Source of the DNA: Vicugna vicugna
Lineage: Eukaryota
DNA length: 64,000 bases
Reading direction: 5' to 3'
NCBI GenBank assembly: GCA_013265495.1
Contig: MU057651.1
Coordinates: 1,065,674-1,129,673 of the forward strand
Part shown: positions 40,322-53,458 of the stretch, one piece after another
How the letters are laid out: each line of letters starts with the position of its first letter
How positions within the stretch are numbered: the stretch's first letter is position 1
Notes under the pieces: model-generated
Told to the model about the DNA's origin: nothing
Seen by the model: only the letters and a program-made list of their open reading frames with translations
Databases searched by the model: none
Program-made: the position numbers and the translations under genes

Positions 40322-41110
40322 TATTAGTTTTCCTATTGCTGTTATAACAAATTACCACCAACTCAGTGATTTAAAATAACACAAATTTATTATCTTGCAG
40401 TTCTGGAGGTCAGAAGTCCAACATGGGTCTCACTGAGCTAATCAAGGGATAGGCAGAACTGCATTCTTTCTGGAGACTCTAGGGGTAATCTGCTTCCTTG
40501 CCTTTTCCAACTTCTAAGAGTTGCCTGTATTCTTCTTTCCCCCCATTTTCTAAAATTGAAGTATAGTCGATTTACAATGTTGTATTAGTTTCTGGTGTAC
40601 AGCATAGTGACTCAGTGTTTTATATATGTGTATATATATATATTATTTTTAATATACTTTTTAATTAAGAATTACTACAAGCCACTGAATATAGTGCCCT
40701 GTGCTATACAGTAGGACCTTGTTTTTTATCTATTCTGTACATAGTAGTTTGTATCTGCCAATCCCAAACTCCCAATTTATCCCTCTCTCTCCCTCCAGGT
40801 GGCCTGTATTCTTTGGCTCATGTCCCCCTTTCTCCATCTTCAAGGCCAATAACATTGGTCCAAGTCCCTCTCATGCTATATCACTCTGATTCTCCTTCTT
40901 CTGCCTCCCTCCTCCTCTTATAAGTATGCTTGTGGTTACATTGGCGCACCTGAATGATCCATAATAATAGCTTCATCTCAAGGTCAGCTAACTAGCAAAT
41001 TCAATTCCGTCTGCAATTTTAATTCTCCTCTGTCATGTAACCTAACATATTCACAGTTTTCAGGGACTAAAATATAGACATCTTCAGGGAGCCATTTATG
41101 TGCTTAGCAG
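40322..41110 (-). mobile_element. MaLR LTR (MLT1C/D-like) with nested minus-strand L1 tail (40535-40801)
   Basis: TGTATTAGTTTTCCTATTGCTGTTATAACAAATTACCAC...GTTCTGGAGGTCAGAAGTCC. The L1 tail is flanked by TSD GCCTGTATTCTT (40523-40534 / 40802-40813). Confidence 0.85.
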
Positions 41111-41582
41111 AATTGGGTCTCTCCTAGATCAGCTATAACAATTCTGCATGGAAGGTGGAGGGGTTAGGTGGAAGAAGAGGAATATAAACCACAAGGAAAA
41201 TACCTGTATCAATTTGTGTCTCTCTTTCAAGTATCTGAAGAGAGACACTGCCACATGTTCAAGCTTAGGTGCTCATTTAGCTATATGTGTAGTCAATAAA
41301 CACTTTGGACAGAGCCCCACTCACAGTTGTCACTCAATACATGTTGAATGAATGAATGGCTGATAATGTTTTTGAATGTGCATTTCCTCAAGTTTTCTCT
41401 GTCTTGAATTATCTGTGTCCCAGTAAAAAAAGATGATGATCACTGTCCTATCAAGCTCAAACCTTTGCTATGACACAGTTTGAGTAAAGAGAAATTTAGA
41501 GGTTGTGTATCCAGAATAGGCTTAGAATCCTCAGTAGCAAGGCCAAATGAGAGCAACAGCTGCAGCAAAAAAGAATGGCTAA

Positions 41583-42199
41583 CATTTCCATCACTCCCCA
41601 AGAGGTGCAAATTTCAACTTCCCAGTTTATCCTGTCCCACCCTCTTTAGCCCCTAGTAACCATAAGTTTGTTTTCTATGTCTGAGTCTGTTTCTGTTTTG
41701 TAAATAAGTTCATTTGTGTCCTTTTTTAGATTCCATGAGTGATATCATATGGTATGGTATTTTTATTTCTTTTTCTGATTTACTTCACTTAGAATGACAA
41801 ACTCCAGGTCCATCCATGTTCTTCAAATGGCATTATTTCATTCTTTTTTATGGCTGAGTAGTATTTCTTCTTTATCCAGTGATCTGTCGATGGACATTTA
41901 GGTTGCTTCCATGTCTTGGCTATTGTAAATAGTGCTGCTGTGAACATTGAGGTGCATGTGTCTTTTCAAATTACATTTTCCTCTGATATATGCCTACGAG
42001 TAGGATTGCTGGATTATATGGTAAGTCTATTTTTAGTTTTTTGAGGAATCTCCATAGTGTCCTCCATGGAAATGTTAGCTGTCTTGATTGTGGTGGTGGT
42101 TTCATTGGTGTATACATCTATTAAAATTTATCAAATTGTTCATGTGAAATATGTGTAGTTTACTGTCGAGGAATCATACTACAGTAAAGGTGTTTTTTT
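41583..42199. mobile_element. 5'-inverted (twin-primed) composite L1 insertion
   Basis: TSD AAAAAAG(A/G)ATGGCTAA (41567-41582 / 42200-42215). Inverted L1 segment 41583-42067, followed by a sense L1M-like 3' end 42066-42199. Confidence 0.75.
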
Positions 42200-44378
42200 A
42201 AAAAAGGATGGCTAATGCCTTCTGGGCCTCATCAGAGGAGAACTGCATTCAGGGGTGCACCTGATACCTCCTTCTACTGATGTCACAAGTGGAGAATTCT
42301 GGATGTTCTATACTGTCTTGAAGACTTAATAGATCAATAAGTCAAATGCTATACAACTAAATTCCTGAAAATTAAAGACAAAGAAGTTTTTTGTTTGTTT
42401 GTTTTTATTTCTTTGTGGATTAAGCCATTCTTCTTTGACTGCACTCAACAACTATAACTCCAAGTCCTTGCAATTCCATTTCTACCTGAGTCAGCTTTCA
42501 TCTCATATCTTTCTAGCTCAAAGAATTTGGCTTCCTACATGGTTCATATGTTCATGCTCTTTACATCATGAGAATGTAGCCATTTTAATGGGGATCTAGA
42601 GACCCTAATGCTAATTCAAGTGCCAGTAAATTACCTCTGCTTCTGTCAAGGTTCCTAATTGTGTGCTTATTTCAGGACTTGGGGTTGGGGCAGTGTCTGC
42701 AAAAGCCTGCCACACTGCTAAAGGGAAAAATATGGCAGATATCAAATGCTTTCTGACTATGCTTCTTTGTGCATGCCTGTGAAATAACCTCCAGAATTCT
42801 CAGGAAAAAAAAAAACTTCGCAGGAATTAGGGACTACAGTCAGCAAAATGGGGGTTATTCCTTTGTGACACTGACAACACACTTTGCCATTCTGAGATTC
42901 TACTCTGTTGCCTCCTTAACAGGCTTTTGCTGGGTACCACTGTATCTGCTGCCACTGTTGCTTCTGCCAGGTGCTGTTCTTCCACTAGGACTGCCACTTA
43001 GAGTCCTCAAAGCACTAAAACTGCATGATATTTGATGGTTAAGTGGAGGGAACGATACTCCCATTTCATTTACACTCTGTTAAAGGGATGTTGAGTTAGG
43101 GGCACAGCCAAATGACAGATACCACATTGTTCTCCACATCAGCTCTCCTCTCCCACACTAAGTCTAGATAATTGGACGGAGCCTGCAGGCCTAGCTCCCT
43201 CTCCATTTGGAATGAATTCTCTCCCAGGAAATTTCTCAGTCCCTCATGCTAGTAGACTTACATGCAAGGATGCATCTGAATCCCAGTCATGAGCACAATT
43301 TAAACTGAGAATGGGACTTTTGCCGTATGAGGCTGATCTTTAGACCCTTCCCAAGTATTTCTAATCATTGAACCATTTCTCCAGGGGGAAAATAAAAGCC
43401 TGAGTGAAGGCCAGGACAGGAGTTGAGATCTTGGTCTTGCTAACACTTGGGTCCCATCCCTAGGTAATGCCTACACCTTTTCTTCAACTGTCACTGAGAG
43501 TTTCTCACATATTCAAGGGTTCTTAGCAAAGATCACATATCTCAATTACTTTAAGGGCAGCCAGGGGATTTTTTAATCAGAGATTCTGGGAAAGAAGCCT
43601 TGAACTGTGGTGAGTATAGAAAGGAGAGTTACATCAAAGAACATGGATACATAGAAATACAAATACTTCTTTGAGCTCCAGCTACAGTTGGACTTAGAGT
43701 CCCAAAGTACTTCTGAGGAGAGAAGAAGTTGGCGGCAGGTCAAATAATTCGTTTTAGAGCTTAAACAGTAAGTTAGTTATTTGGCAATTACTTTAAAAGC
43801 AAGCAATTCAATGCTAACTAGTTAATTATGTATGATGAGAAGAACCTGGATTAACTGAAACCTTTTTGCTTGGAAATAAGTGTGATTTTCCCAAATGCCA
43901 AGCTAGAGGGAAGAAATAGTCTTTTAGTTGTATATTATGCTTATTTAAAGGTCATTTGCCAGTGACTGCCTCACCCTAGCTGAGATGACAGGAACTGAAA
44001 GATACATCAAGGATGGAGAAAAATGGATGGAGGTAGAATCAATAGAACTTGCTACACAATTGGCTGTGGGAACTAGAGGGTTTTTTAAAAAGCATTTAGG
44101 ATGATCCCAGATTGGAGGATAGCTACTGCTTTATCGATCCAGTAGCCCCCTCCATGCTTCTGGGAATTGTCTCTCAGGCTACCCCAACTTTGTGTCCCAT
44201 CTGGAGCTGCTGTGTTCTCACATGACTCTCCACCTCAGGCCACATAGGAATGCTCTAGGGGTAGGCCTCTGGTCCAACTTCCCAGTAAGGCCCCTTTATC
44301 TCATTATTTTGTGCTTTGCTCTAAGAGAACTCAATCAATCACTCCCTGAGTAGCTATATAAGTTGTAATGCTGTAAAG

Positions 44379-44856
44379 CAGAGCTGTCCAATAAAAATAC
44401 AATGTGAGCCAAGTATGTAATTTTAAGTGTTCTAATTGCCACATTAAGAAAGGAAACAGGTGGGATTAATTTTAATAACATTATATTTAACCAAATACAT
44501 CCAATATGTTATCATTTAAACATGAAATCAATGTTTTTTTAGTTAATGGGATGTTTTACATTTTTTTCCCTAGTACTCAGTCTTCAAAATCCAGTATGTG
44601 AAGGTAACTATATCCAATACCTTGGAATAGCCTATAATGAAAAAGAATATGAAATGGAATATATATATGCACAACTGAATCACTATTATGTACACCAGAA
44701 ATTAACACAACATTATAAATTGACTATACTTCAATTTTTAAAAAGCCCAGTATGTGCTTTACACTTAACAGTCAGCACATTTCAATTTAGACTAGACTCA
44801 TTTCGAGTACTCAATAGCTACATGGGGTGGGTGGCTGCCAAATTGGACAGGGTAGC
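44379..44856. mobile_element. MER33-like hAT MITE with nested + strand L1 tail (44601-44746)
   Basis: Ends CAGAGCTGTCCAATA / AATTGGACAG. L1 tail flanked by TSD CCAGTATGTG (44591-44600 / 44747-44756). Confidence 0.8.
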
Positions 44857-46797
44857 TCTAGGGGCCCAGATCATCCACCAGGTGGAGAAAGCCAGCCTAC
44901 AGAGAGGGGGAAAGTAAGTCAATATGCAGAAAGGTGCAGGCATGAAAAGCAAAGAGAAAAACCAAGAATACTGGTGGCATTCAAGTTCCTGATTCTAAGA
45001 GTTCTTGAAGATCAGCTATACTCTCCCAACCAGGACAAGCCCTAGCCTGGATGTCTTTTGAGACATCCCAGGTCTCTTCCAATAATATTCAACTTTGTAT
45101 TAAAAATATCATTTTCCTTATTATTATCATTATTATTAATAAAGCAAAGCTATTTGCATGAATTACCTTAATGACGGCAATTTTCTTGATTTGTACCCAC
45201 ACCCAGACCCCTGTTCTTAGCAGACATTACTAATGAATTGCTCATTTTGCCCTCTTTCTTATGGATTCCAAATGTGACCTAAGAATTCTTCTCAACAACG
45301 CTCTAAGAGGCTATTACCAAATTATTGGAGTAAACATGTAAGTGGAAATGTATCTGCCACCACTGCTATAGAGTTGCAATGTGTCCATTTCATTCTTTCC
45401 CTTAATAAATGATGAGAGAACTATCTTTATGAGCACATCACAAGTAAGACAATTCCTGATGCTCCTAGAAATAGTCTGTGAGAATTTGAGGTTGGGGGGA
45501 GGAGCACGACCTCATGGAGGATTGAAGAACCAGCAATAGCTGGAGGAGATGCAGCTAGAAATATATGGTTTGAACAGTTACTGCAGCCATATATATTTTT
45601 TTTGCCCCAGACAGGTGGCTTGGGATGCTACCTGGACATGCAGAAACTTAACCACTGTGACATGTGGCAAGTAATCAAAAGATTCAGTGGCAAAATTATG
45701 GATGATTCTTTATAATAAATCTATTTCCTAAGTATTCCATTTGGGGGTTGCAATAAATATAAGACAAAGAAGGAAGAGACTGAAAATAATAAATGCCCTA
45801 GTAAGAAATTCTGTCATTGAATCTGTGAATCAAAACTCTGGAGGAAGTTTCAAATAAATCTGAACATTTTCCTCATGATGATGGTGGGTTTTTCAAAGAA
45901 GAAGAGATATTTGTGCAACTGTATCCAAATGTGACCAAAAACAAATAGGTTTAATTAGAAATTAAAATGCACAATCTTTCTTTTCAATCTTAAATTTGTT
46001 AATAGGCAATGAAATTTGCAGAAGCCCAGAAACACTCTTCTCTCTCTGGTTTCTCTGCAGATTTCCAGAAATTACCTTCCTTTTGTAAGAATACCATTTA
46101 TGGGAGAGGAAAAGACTATATTTTTGAATTAAAGAATTCGGAGACGACCACACCTCAGCCAGCATCATTAGAATAATTGCTGATACAATGCTGCCATCTA
46201 GCAATGGCTCAGACTGGGCTTCAACTGCAGCAGTCCTCTCCCCACGCCACTTAGATACCTTCCTATTTCAGAGCACGTCTAAACAGGAAGGGAGTTATCA
46301 TCTCTTCTGTTTCCTTATTGAAAACTGAACTACCATACAGATGAGGTTATTGAGGCCCAGAGTGATCAAGTGACTTGCCCAAGGTCACAAAGATTGTCAC
46401 TGGCACAGCTAGAGTTAGAATGTAGATTTTTACCTTGTTTTATTCTCTCTTTCTCTCCCTCTCCTTCTCCTCCTCATTGTCCTCCTCATTTTTCCTCAAG
46501 GTAGAGGAAAGTAACCTTTGGTGACTGGGTTATGGAGAAATTCTGAGTGGTGTCAGAATAAGTGGGTCTTAGACTCTTATGGTTATGAGTAACCACAGCA
46601 ATGAATTATTTGTTTGGGTTATTTTAGTTTTGGGTTGAAGGAGGAAGAATCTACAGAAAAGAGACCCACATTTCTCTGGGAATTTTCCTTTGAGCCAGGG
46701 CTTCTGGGCCTCCAGCAAACTCCAGTGTACAAGCCCACACTCACCTTTATTCTGAGGCAATCTTGTTGCAGAAGGCAGCAGTCAAAAGAAAGCTGTT

Positions 46798-48393
46798 GTG
46801 GAAGCTGGAGGAGTAACCCCCCCAGACTTCAGACAATACTGCAGAGCCACAGTAATCAAAATAGCATGGTATTGACACAAACAAAGAGACATATGGATCA
46901 ATGGAACACAAGAGAGAGCCCATAAATAAACCCACAGACTTACAGTCAATTAATCTTCGACAAAGGAGGCAAGAATATACAATGGAGAAAAGATAGTTTC
47001 TTCAGCAAGTGGTGTTGAGAAAACTGGGCAGTCACATGTAAATCAATGAAGTTAAAACATTCTCTCACATCATACACAAAAATAAACTCGAAATGGCTTA
47101 AAGATAAATACAAGACAAGATACTATAAACTTCCTAGAATAAAACATAGGTAAAACATTCTCTGACATAAATCTTTGCAATGTTCTTCTAGGGCAGTCTG
47201 CCCAGGCAATAGATATAAAAGCAAAAATAAACAAATGGGACCTAATTAAACTTATAAGCTTTTGCACAGCAAAAGAAATTGTAAACAAAACAAAAAGACA
47301 ATCTACAGAATGGGAGAAAATATGTGCAAATGATGTGACTGACAAGGGCTTAATTTCCAGAATATACAAACAGCTCATACAACTTAATAACAAAAACACA
47401 AACAACTCAATCCAAAAAAACCCAAACAACTTCTGTCCAAAAATGGACAGAAGAACTAAACAAGCAATTCTCTAATGAAGATATACAGATGACCAATAGG
47501 TGCATGGAAAAAATGCTCTATATTGCTAATTATCAAAGAAATGCATATCAAAACTATAGTGAGGTTTTATCTCACACCAGTAAGAATGGCCATCATTAAA
47601 AAGCCCACAAATGATAAATGCTGGAGAAGGTGTGAAGAAAAGGAAACCATCCTACATTGTTGGTGGAAATATCATTTGGTGCAGCCACTATGGAAAACAG
47701 TATGGAGAGTCCTTAAAAAACCAAAAATAGACTTACCATATGATCCAGCAATTCCACTCTTGGGCATACATCTGTAGGGAACTCTAATTTGAAAAGATAC
47801 ATGCACCCCAGTGTTCATAGGAGCACTATTTACAATAGCCAAGACATGGAAACAATCTAAATGGCCATTAATAGATGACCAGATAAAGAAGCTGTGGTTT
47901 ATTTATATACAATGGAATATTGCTTAGCCATAAAAAAGAATAAAATAATGCCTTTTGCAGCAACATAGGTGGACCTGGAGATTGTCATACTAAGTAAAGT
48001 AAGCCAGAAAGAGAAAGAAAAATACTATATGATATCACATATATGTGGAATCTAAAAAAAAAAGCACAAATGGACTTATTTACAAAACAGAAACAGACTC
48101 ACAGACATAGAAAACAAACTTATGGTTATCGGAGGAAAAGGGGTGGGAAGGGATAAATTGAGAGTTCAAGATTTGCAGAGATGAACTACTACATATAAAA
48201 TAGATAAACAACATTTTCTACTGTTTCTAACTATATTCAATATCTTGTAGTAATCTATAATGAAAAAGAATATAAAAAGGAATATATGTATGTATACACA
48301 TGACTGAAACATTATGCTGTATACCAGAAATTGACACAACATTGTAAACTGACTATACTTCAATAAAAATTTTTTTTAAAAATTAAAAAAAAT
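46798..48393 (+). mobile_element. 5'-truncated L1, about 1.6 kb (ORF2 3' part, disrupted, + 3' UTR)
   Basis: ORF2 motifs ([41 protein letters not shown]) broken by frameshifts. TSD AAAGCTGTT (46789-46797 / 48394-48402). Confidence 0.92.
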
Positions 48394-48611
48394 AAAGCTG
48401 TTATATGTCTGGGAGGAAGCATGAGAATTTGCCTTTCTAGCTGCCTTCCTCCTTGAATCCTGAAAAGATTTGGGGCAATAGCATAGCTGGGATGGACTGG
48501 AGAGCAAGGAGGGCAGTAACTTCTCCCAGAATACTCTTGAAAAGTGAAGCCTCCAACAATATTTATGGTAATATGCTGCAAGACAGTTCAGTTTGTAATA
48601 AAAATATATTA

Positions 48612-49435
48612 GAAAGAAGCTCAATATTATTAGTCATCAGGGAAATGCAATTCGAAACCACAATGAGATACCCACTAGAATGGCTATAATCAAAAACAAA
48701 TAGTAGCAAGTGTTGACAAGGATGTGGAGAACTTGAATCCCTCGTGTACTGCTGATGGGAATGTAAAATGGTGCAGCCACTTTGGAAAACAGTTCGGCAT
48801 TCCTCAAATGGTTAAACATACAATTAGCATATGACCTAGCAATTTTAATTCTATGTATGTACCCAGCAGAAATGAAAATGTATATTCACACAAAAACTTG
48901 TACAGGAATGTTCATAGCAGCAGTATTCATAATAGTCAAAAGGTGGAAACAACCAAGTTGTCCATCAACTGATGAATGTATAAGCAAAATGCAGTATATC
49001 CATACAATGGAATATTATTCAACTAGAAAAAGATGTACACATGCTACAACACGGATGAACCTTGAAAACATTATGCTAAATGAAAGAAGCCAGACACAAA
49101 AGGCCACATATAATACGTGATTCCATTGTATGAAAAGTCCAGAATAAGTAAATCTCTAGAGATAGAAAGTAGATTAGTACTTTGAGGGGCTTATGGTGAG
49201 GAGTGGGAAGGTGGGGAGGAATGGGGAGTGATGGCTTAATGGGTACAGGGTTTCTTTTTGAGGTGATGAGAATGTTCTAAAATTAGATTATGGCAAAAAA
49301 TAAATAAAATAAAATTAGATTGTGGTGATAGTTGCCCAACTATGTTAATATACTAAAAAAATTGAGTTGTATACTTTAAATGAATTAATTATATGGTACA
49401 TGAATTATATTTCAATAAAGCTCTGACCAAAGAAA
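48612..49435 (+). mobile_element. Older L1MB-type 3' end
   Basis: LAYDLAILILCMYPAEMKMYIHTKTCTGMFIAA...MNLENIMLNERSQTQKATY. The 3' UTR reads GGGTACAGGGTTTCTTTTTGAGGTGATGAGAATGTTCTAAAATTAGAT. Confidence 0.88.
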
Positions 49436-50069
49436 AATAATTTTTTAAAAAATACTAGGGAATATTGTGGGAAAGTAAGGGTTAGTCTGTTCAATACCCA
49501 TTTATACATCAGTGCTTAGACCAGTGAAATTCTTAGCAAAGTTTGTCAAACAGTGGGAGGTTTTTTTTCTTTTTAAATCTTGCCAGCTTCTCCAAGCTCA
49601 GCCCAGCTCTAAGGGCAACCTCTTTCAGCCTCTTTTCTTTGATAAATTGACTCAGTCTTCATACTGACTCTTGAGTGATAGTTGAGTAGTATATAGAATT
49701 AGAAGTTTACAGTTTTGCTGCTCAAGTGCTCTGTAAATACTCTCCTGTCAGCTAGCTTACATCTCTTCTGGCTTTACCACATCCACCCTGGAGGGCTCAA
49801 GAGCTTATTGGTCTGCCATTAAGATCCCTCGTAGTTTTCTGCCCATGAGGATTTCCCTTTCTTTATTTCGGGCTCAGCTGTGAGTTTCCTCCCACAGTTT
49901 ATCTAGCATTTCTTTGAGTATATAATGGGAGAAGCCACTCCAAATTATCTCTATCAAGTTGCTTAAACCAGAAGTGTTTGGTACCTTTTTAAAAAATATA
50001 TGAATATTCTAATTTTTTATTGAGCAATGCCTCTAGACAACTTTAAATATACTCTGACTTATATAGACC

Positions 50070-50215
50070 CTTTTTAAATTGAGGTAAAATTGATATATAA
50101 CATTATATAAATTTCAGGTATACATTATAACTCAACATCTGTATACACTACAAAGTGATCACCACCAAAGTTCTAATTACCATCTTTTACCATACAATTG
50201 ACCTGCTTCACTCAT
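50070..50215 (-). mobile_element. L1 3' tail fragment
   Basis: TTTTTAAATTGAGGTAAAATTGATATATAACATTATATAAATTTCAGGTATACA. Confidence 0.6.
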
Positions 50216-50894
50216 GGGGGAAGGGGCTCGAGGGGTGGATGAAATGGTGCCTTTTAATGTGTAAATTCCCCCCAATGTTAGAACTAGGACCACTTTCCAA
50301 GGTGAGGGGTTTGGAAAAGGGTGACATTGGAAGGCAGGGGCATGGAGTATCTAAATGATTGATCATCTTCCTTCTTTACCCAATTCCTCCCTTTCTTGAG
50401 AGAGAAGTGACAAAGAGAGGAAAATAAGTGCTGAGAAAGAAATGCCAGCTCTTGGTGTAACCACAAAAGTCCCTTCCACTTTTCAAAGTCCTATACTCTT
50501 CCACAGATGCTTGGGTCCAAGATGCACTTTTTTCCTCAATGGGAAGATGCCCAGGGGAGAATCTAACCTTCCTTTTCAGGCCAGAGCTCAGAACAGAGGC
50601 TGTTCTACTTTGGGGCTGCAGCTAGCCCCTGGGCAGAACCTCCTGAGCTCAGTAGCATCCCACAATGATTGATTCTTTTCCTTGAATATTAAAGCCTTCC
50701 CCCAAATACCCTTAGGAGGATTCACATCTGGATCTAAGATGGGGAAAGGGGAAAGCAGGGCCATTTTTGCTGAGGCCTCAGACTTTATGAGCTTCAAATG
50801 TTGGCTGCTATTGGGTGGCAAATTTGTTCAGGGTAACAGGGTAAGTCTTCACAGTGGCCATCTGGCTCCGAATAATGAAGCCATGCATATATAA

Positions 50895-51150
50895 GTGGAG
50901 TGATTGCATGTGGGGGCTCTGGGGTCAAACTGCACGTGTTCAAGTCCCAGCTCTGCTCATTTTTAGTTCTATAGCCTTGGGCCAGTTATTTAACCTCTCT
51001 GTGCCAGAGATTCTTGGTAAAAGAATAAAATAAAATAGGATCAATGAGAGCACCCACTTCTCATGGTTGTTTTGAAGATTATATGGAATAATCCAGATAA
51101 ATCAGTTAGTTCAGAGCTTGGACCCCTGATAAGTGCTCTATAGTTGTTAA
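50895..51150 (-). mobile_element. MIR SINE
   Basis: GTTCAAGTCCCAGCTCTGC...CCTTGGGCCAGTTATTTAACCTCTCTGTGCC, in opposite orientation to the MIRs listed above. Confidence 0.75.
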
Positions 51151-53458
51151 CATTAAACTATGGCTTTTGCCAGTCAGCAGCCAAAGATTTACTTTTAGAT
51201 CTTCTGCCACAGTTTAAATAGAATCCCTGAAGAGACTGGATGCTGAACATGTCCCAACTAGCCCTATCCCACCCACTTCCCAACCTCCTCAGGGCCAAGC
51301 CTAGGTTGACGAATAATAACAAGATCTTACATTTGTACATCTTGCATTTGATTTTTCCAAACCCTTTCACAATGTTTACCCCATGATGCTGTGAGGTTAG
51401 CAGGATACTGATAATCATCCCCATTTTGGAGAAAAGGAAACTGAGATCCTGAGAGATCCCATGGCCTGTAAAGTCATGTGTCCTCCTCCCCTGGTCATTT
51501 CAACCTCCTACAATGTCTATTCTCCTATAAATCCCCCATTAGATCACAAAAGATTGAGCAGCCTGCTTCCCTCACCCCATAGCTGCTCAAGATGTGCAGA
51601 GCTTTCAGACCTGGTAAGAAGGAAGGAGACACCTAAGCCATAAAAAAATTAAATTCTCTGTAGCTCTGAGGTAGGGCCAGTTATTTTACATGTAATGTTC
51701 TGGCTGGAGAGTAAGGTTTAGACTATTTCAAGGTCTCCAGCTTACTGGAACGAAGGAGGGGAAGATGCACTATATCTGATCTGACCAAATTAGTCCAGAG
51801 TAGTGAGATCTCAGCTGAGCCCAAAGTGAGACTCAAAAATGTTTGGAAGCTGTCGGAGGCATTCACTGGCAGCCCAAGCCTATACTTGCATGGAGGAAGT
51901 GGTCTTTAGAAGGTCTTATACACTATTGGCCCATGAGGGGCAGAGACAGACCAAGCAGCGGGTGAGAGGATGGCAGAAGGGTAGAGGACCAGGACAGTGT
52001 GACATTTGCTGTCCACCTGGGCCACAGGACTGGGTGTGTAGAGAGTCTGTAGCACCCATTCACTTGGAGGATAATGGTTTTGAAGAGACCTGTAGACTTA
52101 CAGTGCTTTAGGGGGAAGGGATAGAGACATAGAAATAGGGGCTGGAGGTTGGGTCCAGATAGAGGACTTGATGGCTTTTGTTCTCTATGTAGAGGACCTG
52201 AGTCTGAAAGTCTGAGCCCAGGCCATGGGGATAGGGGTAGCGAGGGAAAGTTTGCTGCAGGAAGAAGCTGAAGCTGCTCTTCTCATGGGGGCCTCATTGA
52301 GATACAGAAGAGAAGTAATGCTGTTTCAGTGTCCAGGTGACAAAGTGTGGCATAGCACAGGGACGGGAATTACCACCCCGAACTCCTACTCCAGTGAACC
52401 CATCGGTGGCTTCAGCTAAAGCCAAAGAGAAGGCAGCACCATTTAGGCCCCCGGCTGATTTGCAGAATCCACGCCCCACCCCAGCAGGGGCCTCCATGTT
52501 CCCACAGCCAGAGTCAGCTACCAGTAGCTGGGGCAGGGTGGAGGGGTCACCCTCGTGTGGCAATATGGGCAACTGACCTTCAGGAGGCAAAGTAGGAATG
52601 GAAGAACAGAAGACTATCAGAACACAGGCAACTGCTGGGGTCTTCCACAAATAACGGGAGGAAAACTTCAAAGGATTGAAGTCCTATAACACACAGGTGG
52701 GGACAGGAGTCAATGACATCTGAGTTTTCACTGTTTATGGGACCTTATTTTTACCCATAGGCCAGTGAGCCCTGGAGAAACTTGAAACACTACTTTACAG
52801 CAAATGAAATTGTCTCAAGTACCTGGGCATACCGTAGCCCAGCTCCATGTAGATGCTAAGTGGCTCTTGAAATTTCTAATTATAACTTTGGGGTGGGTAG
52901 TAGAGCAGGGACTGGGCTCTGGCAGGGTATGACTGGGCTTTGTTTATTCCATTTATCTCTAGTGATGTTAGCTTAAATGACAGGAGAGGCAAAGGCAAAA
53001 GGAAGAATGACTGGGGAGAAAAATAAAGAAAAAAATTGCTATTGTTCTCCGTTATCATGGCTATCAGAAAATTCCTTTCCTTTGTAAGACATTTTCCTTC
53101 CCTTATACATGTTCCAGACATGAATTATGATTCCATATCATCAGTTTCTTTTCCAGGAGAGAGTCAACAGCACTTTCCTGAGCTAAGAGTGACTCAAGCT
53201 GAACATGGAGATCCAAAGTCCACTTGGGCCTGGACTGGGCCAGGTGTGAGCCAACAGGGCCAGAGAAGACGGGAAAGCTGGGTCCACTACCTAGAATTTG
53301 GGTCCCAACTTATCACACCCTCTTTCTCCCAAGGCAACAGCACTGGGGATTGATGCATCTACAGACAGCCCATAGAGCCAGATTCTTGTCTATATCACCA
53401 CGGGGCTGCTAATTTATCTGACAATCTGTTTCTTCTGAGACTCATTTTCCTCGTCCTG

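Noticed and set aside
45405..45465. Box C (ATGATGA) and box D (CTGA) pair suggesting a snoRNA
   Set aside because: The spacing is too short, there is no terminal stem and no host intron.
52200..52700. GC-richer patch with overlapping 64-125-aa ORFs downstream of RTL9 (pol remnant?)
   Set aside because: No protease, RT or integrase motif in the frames examined.
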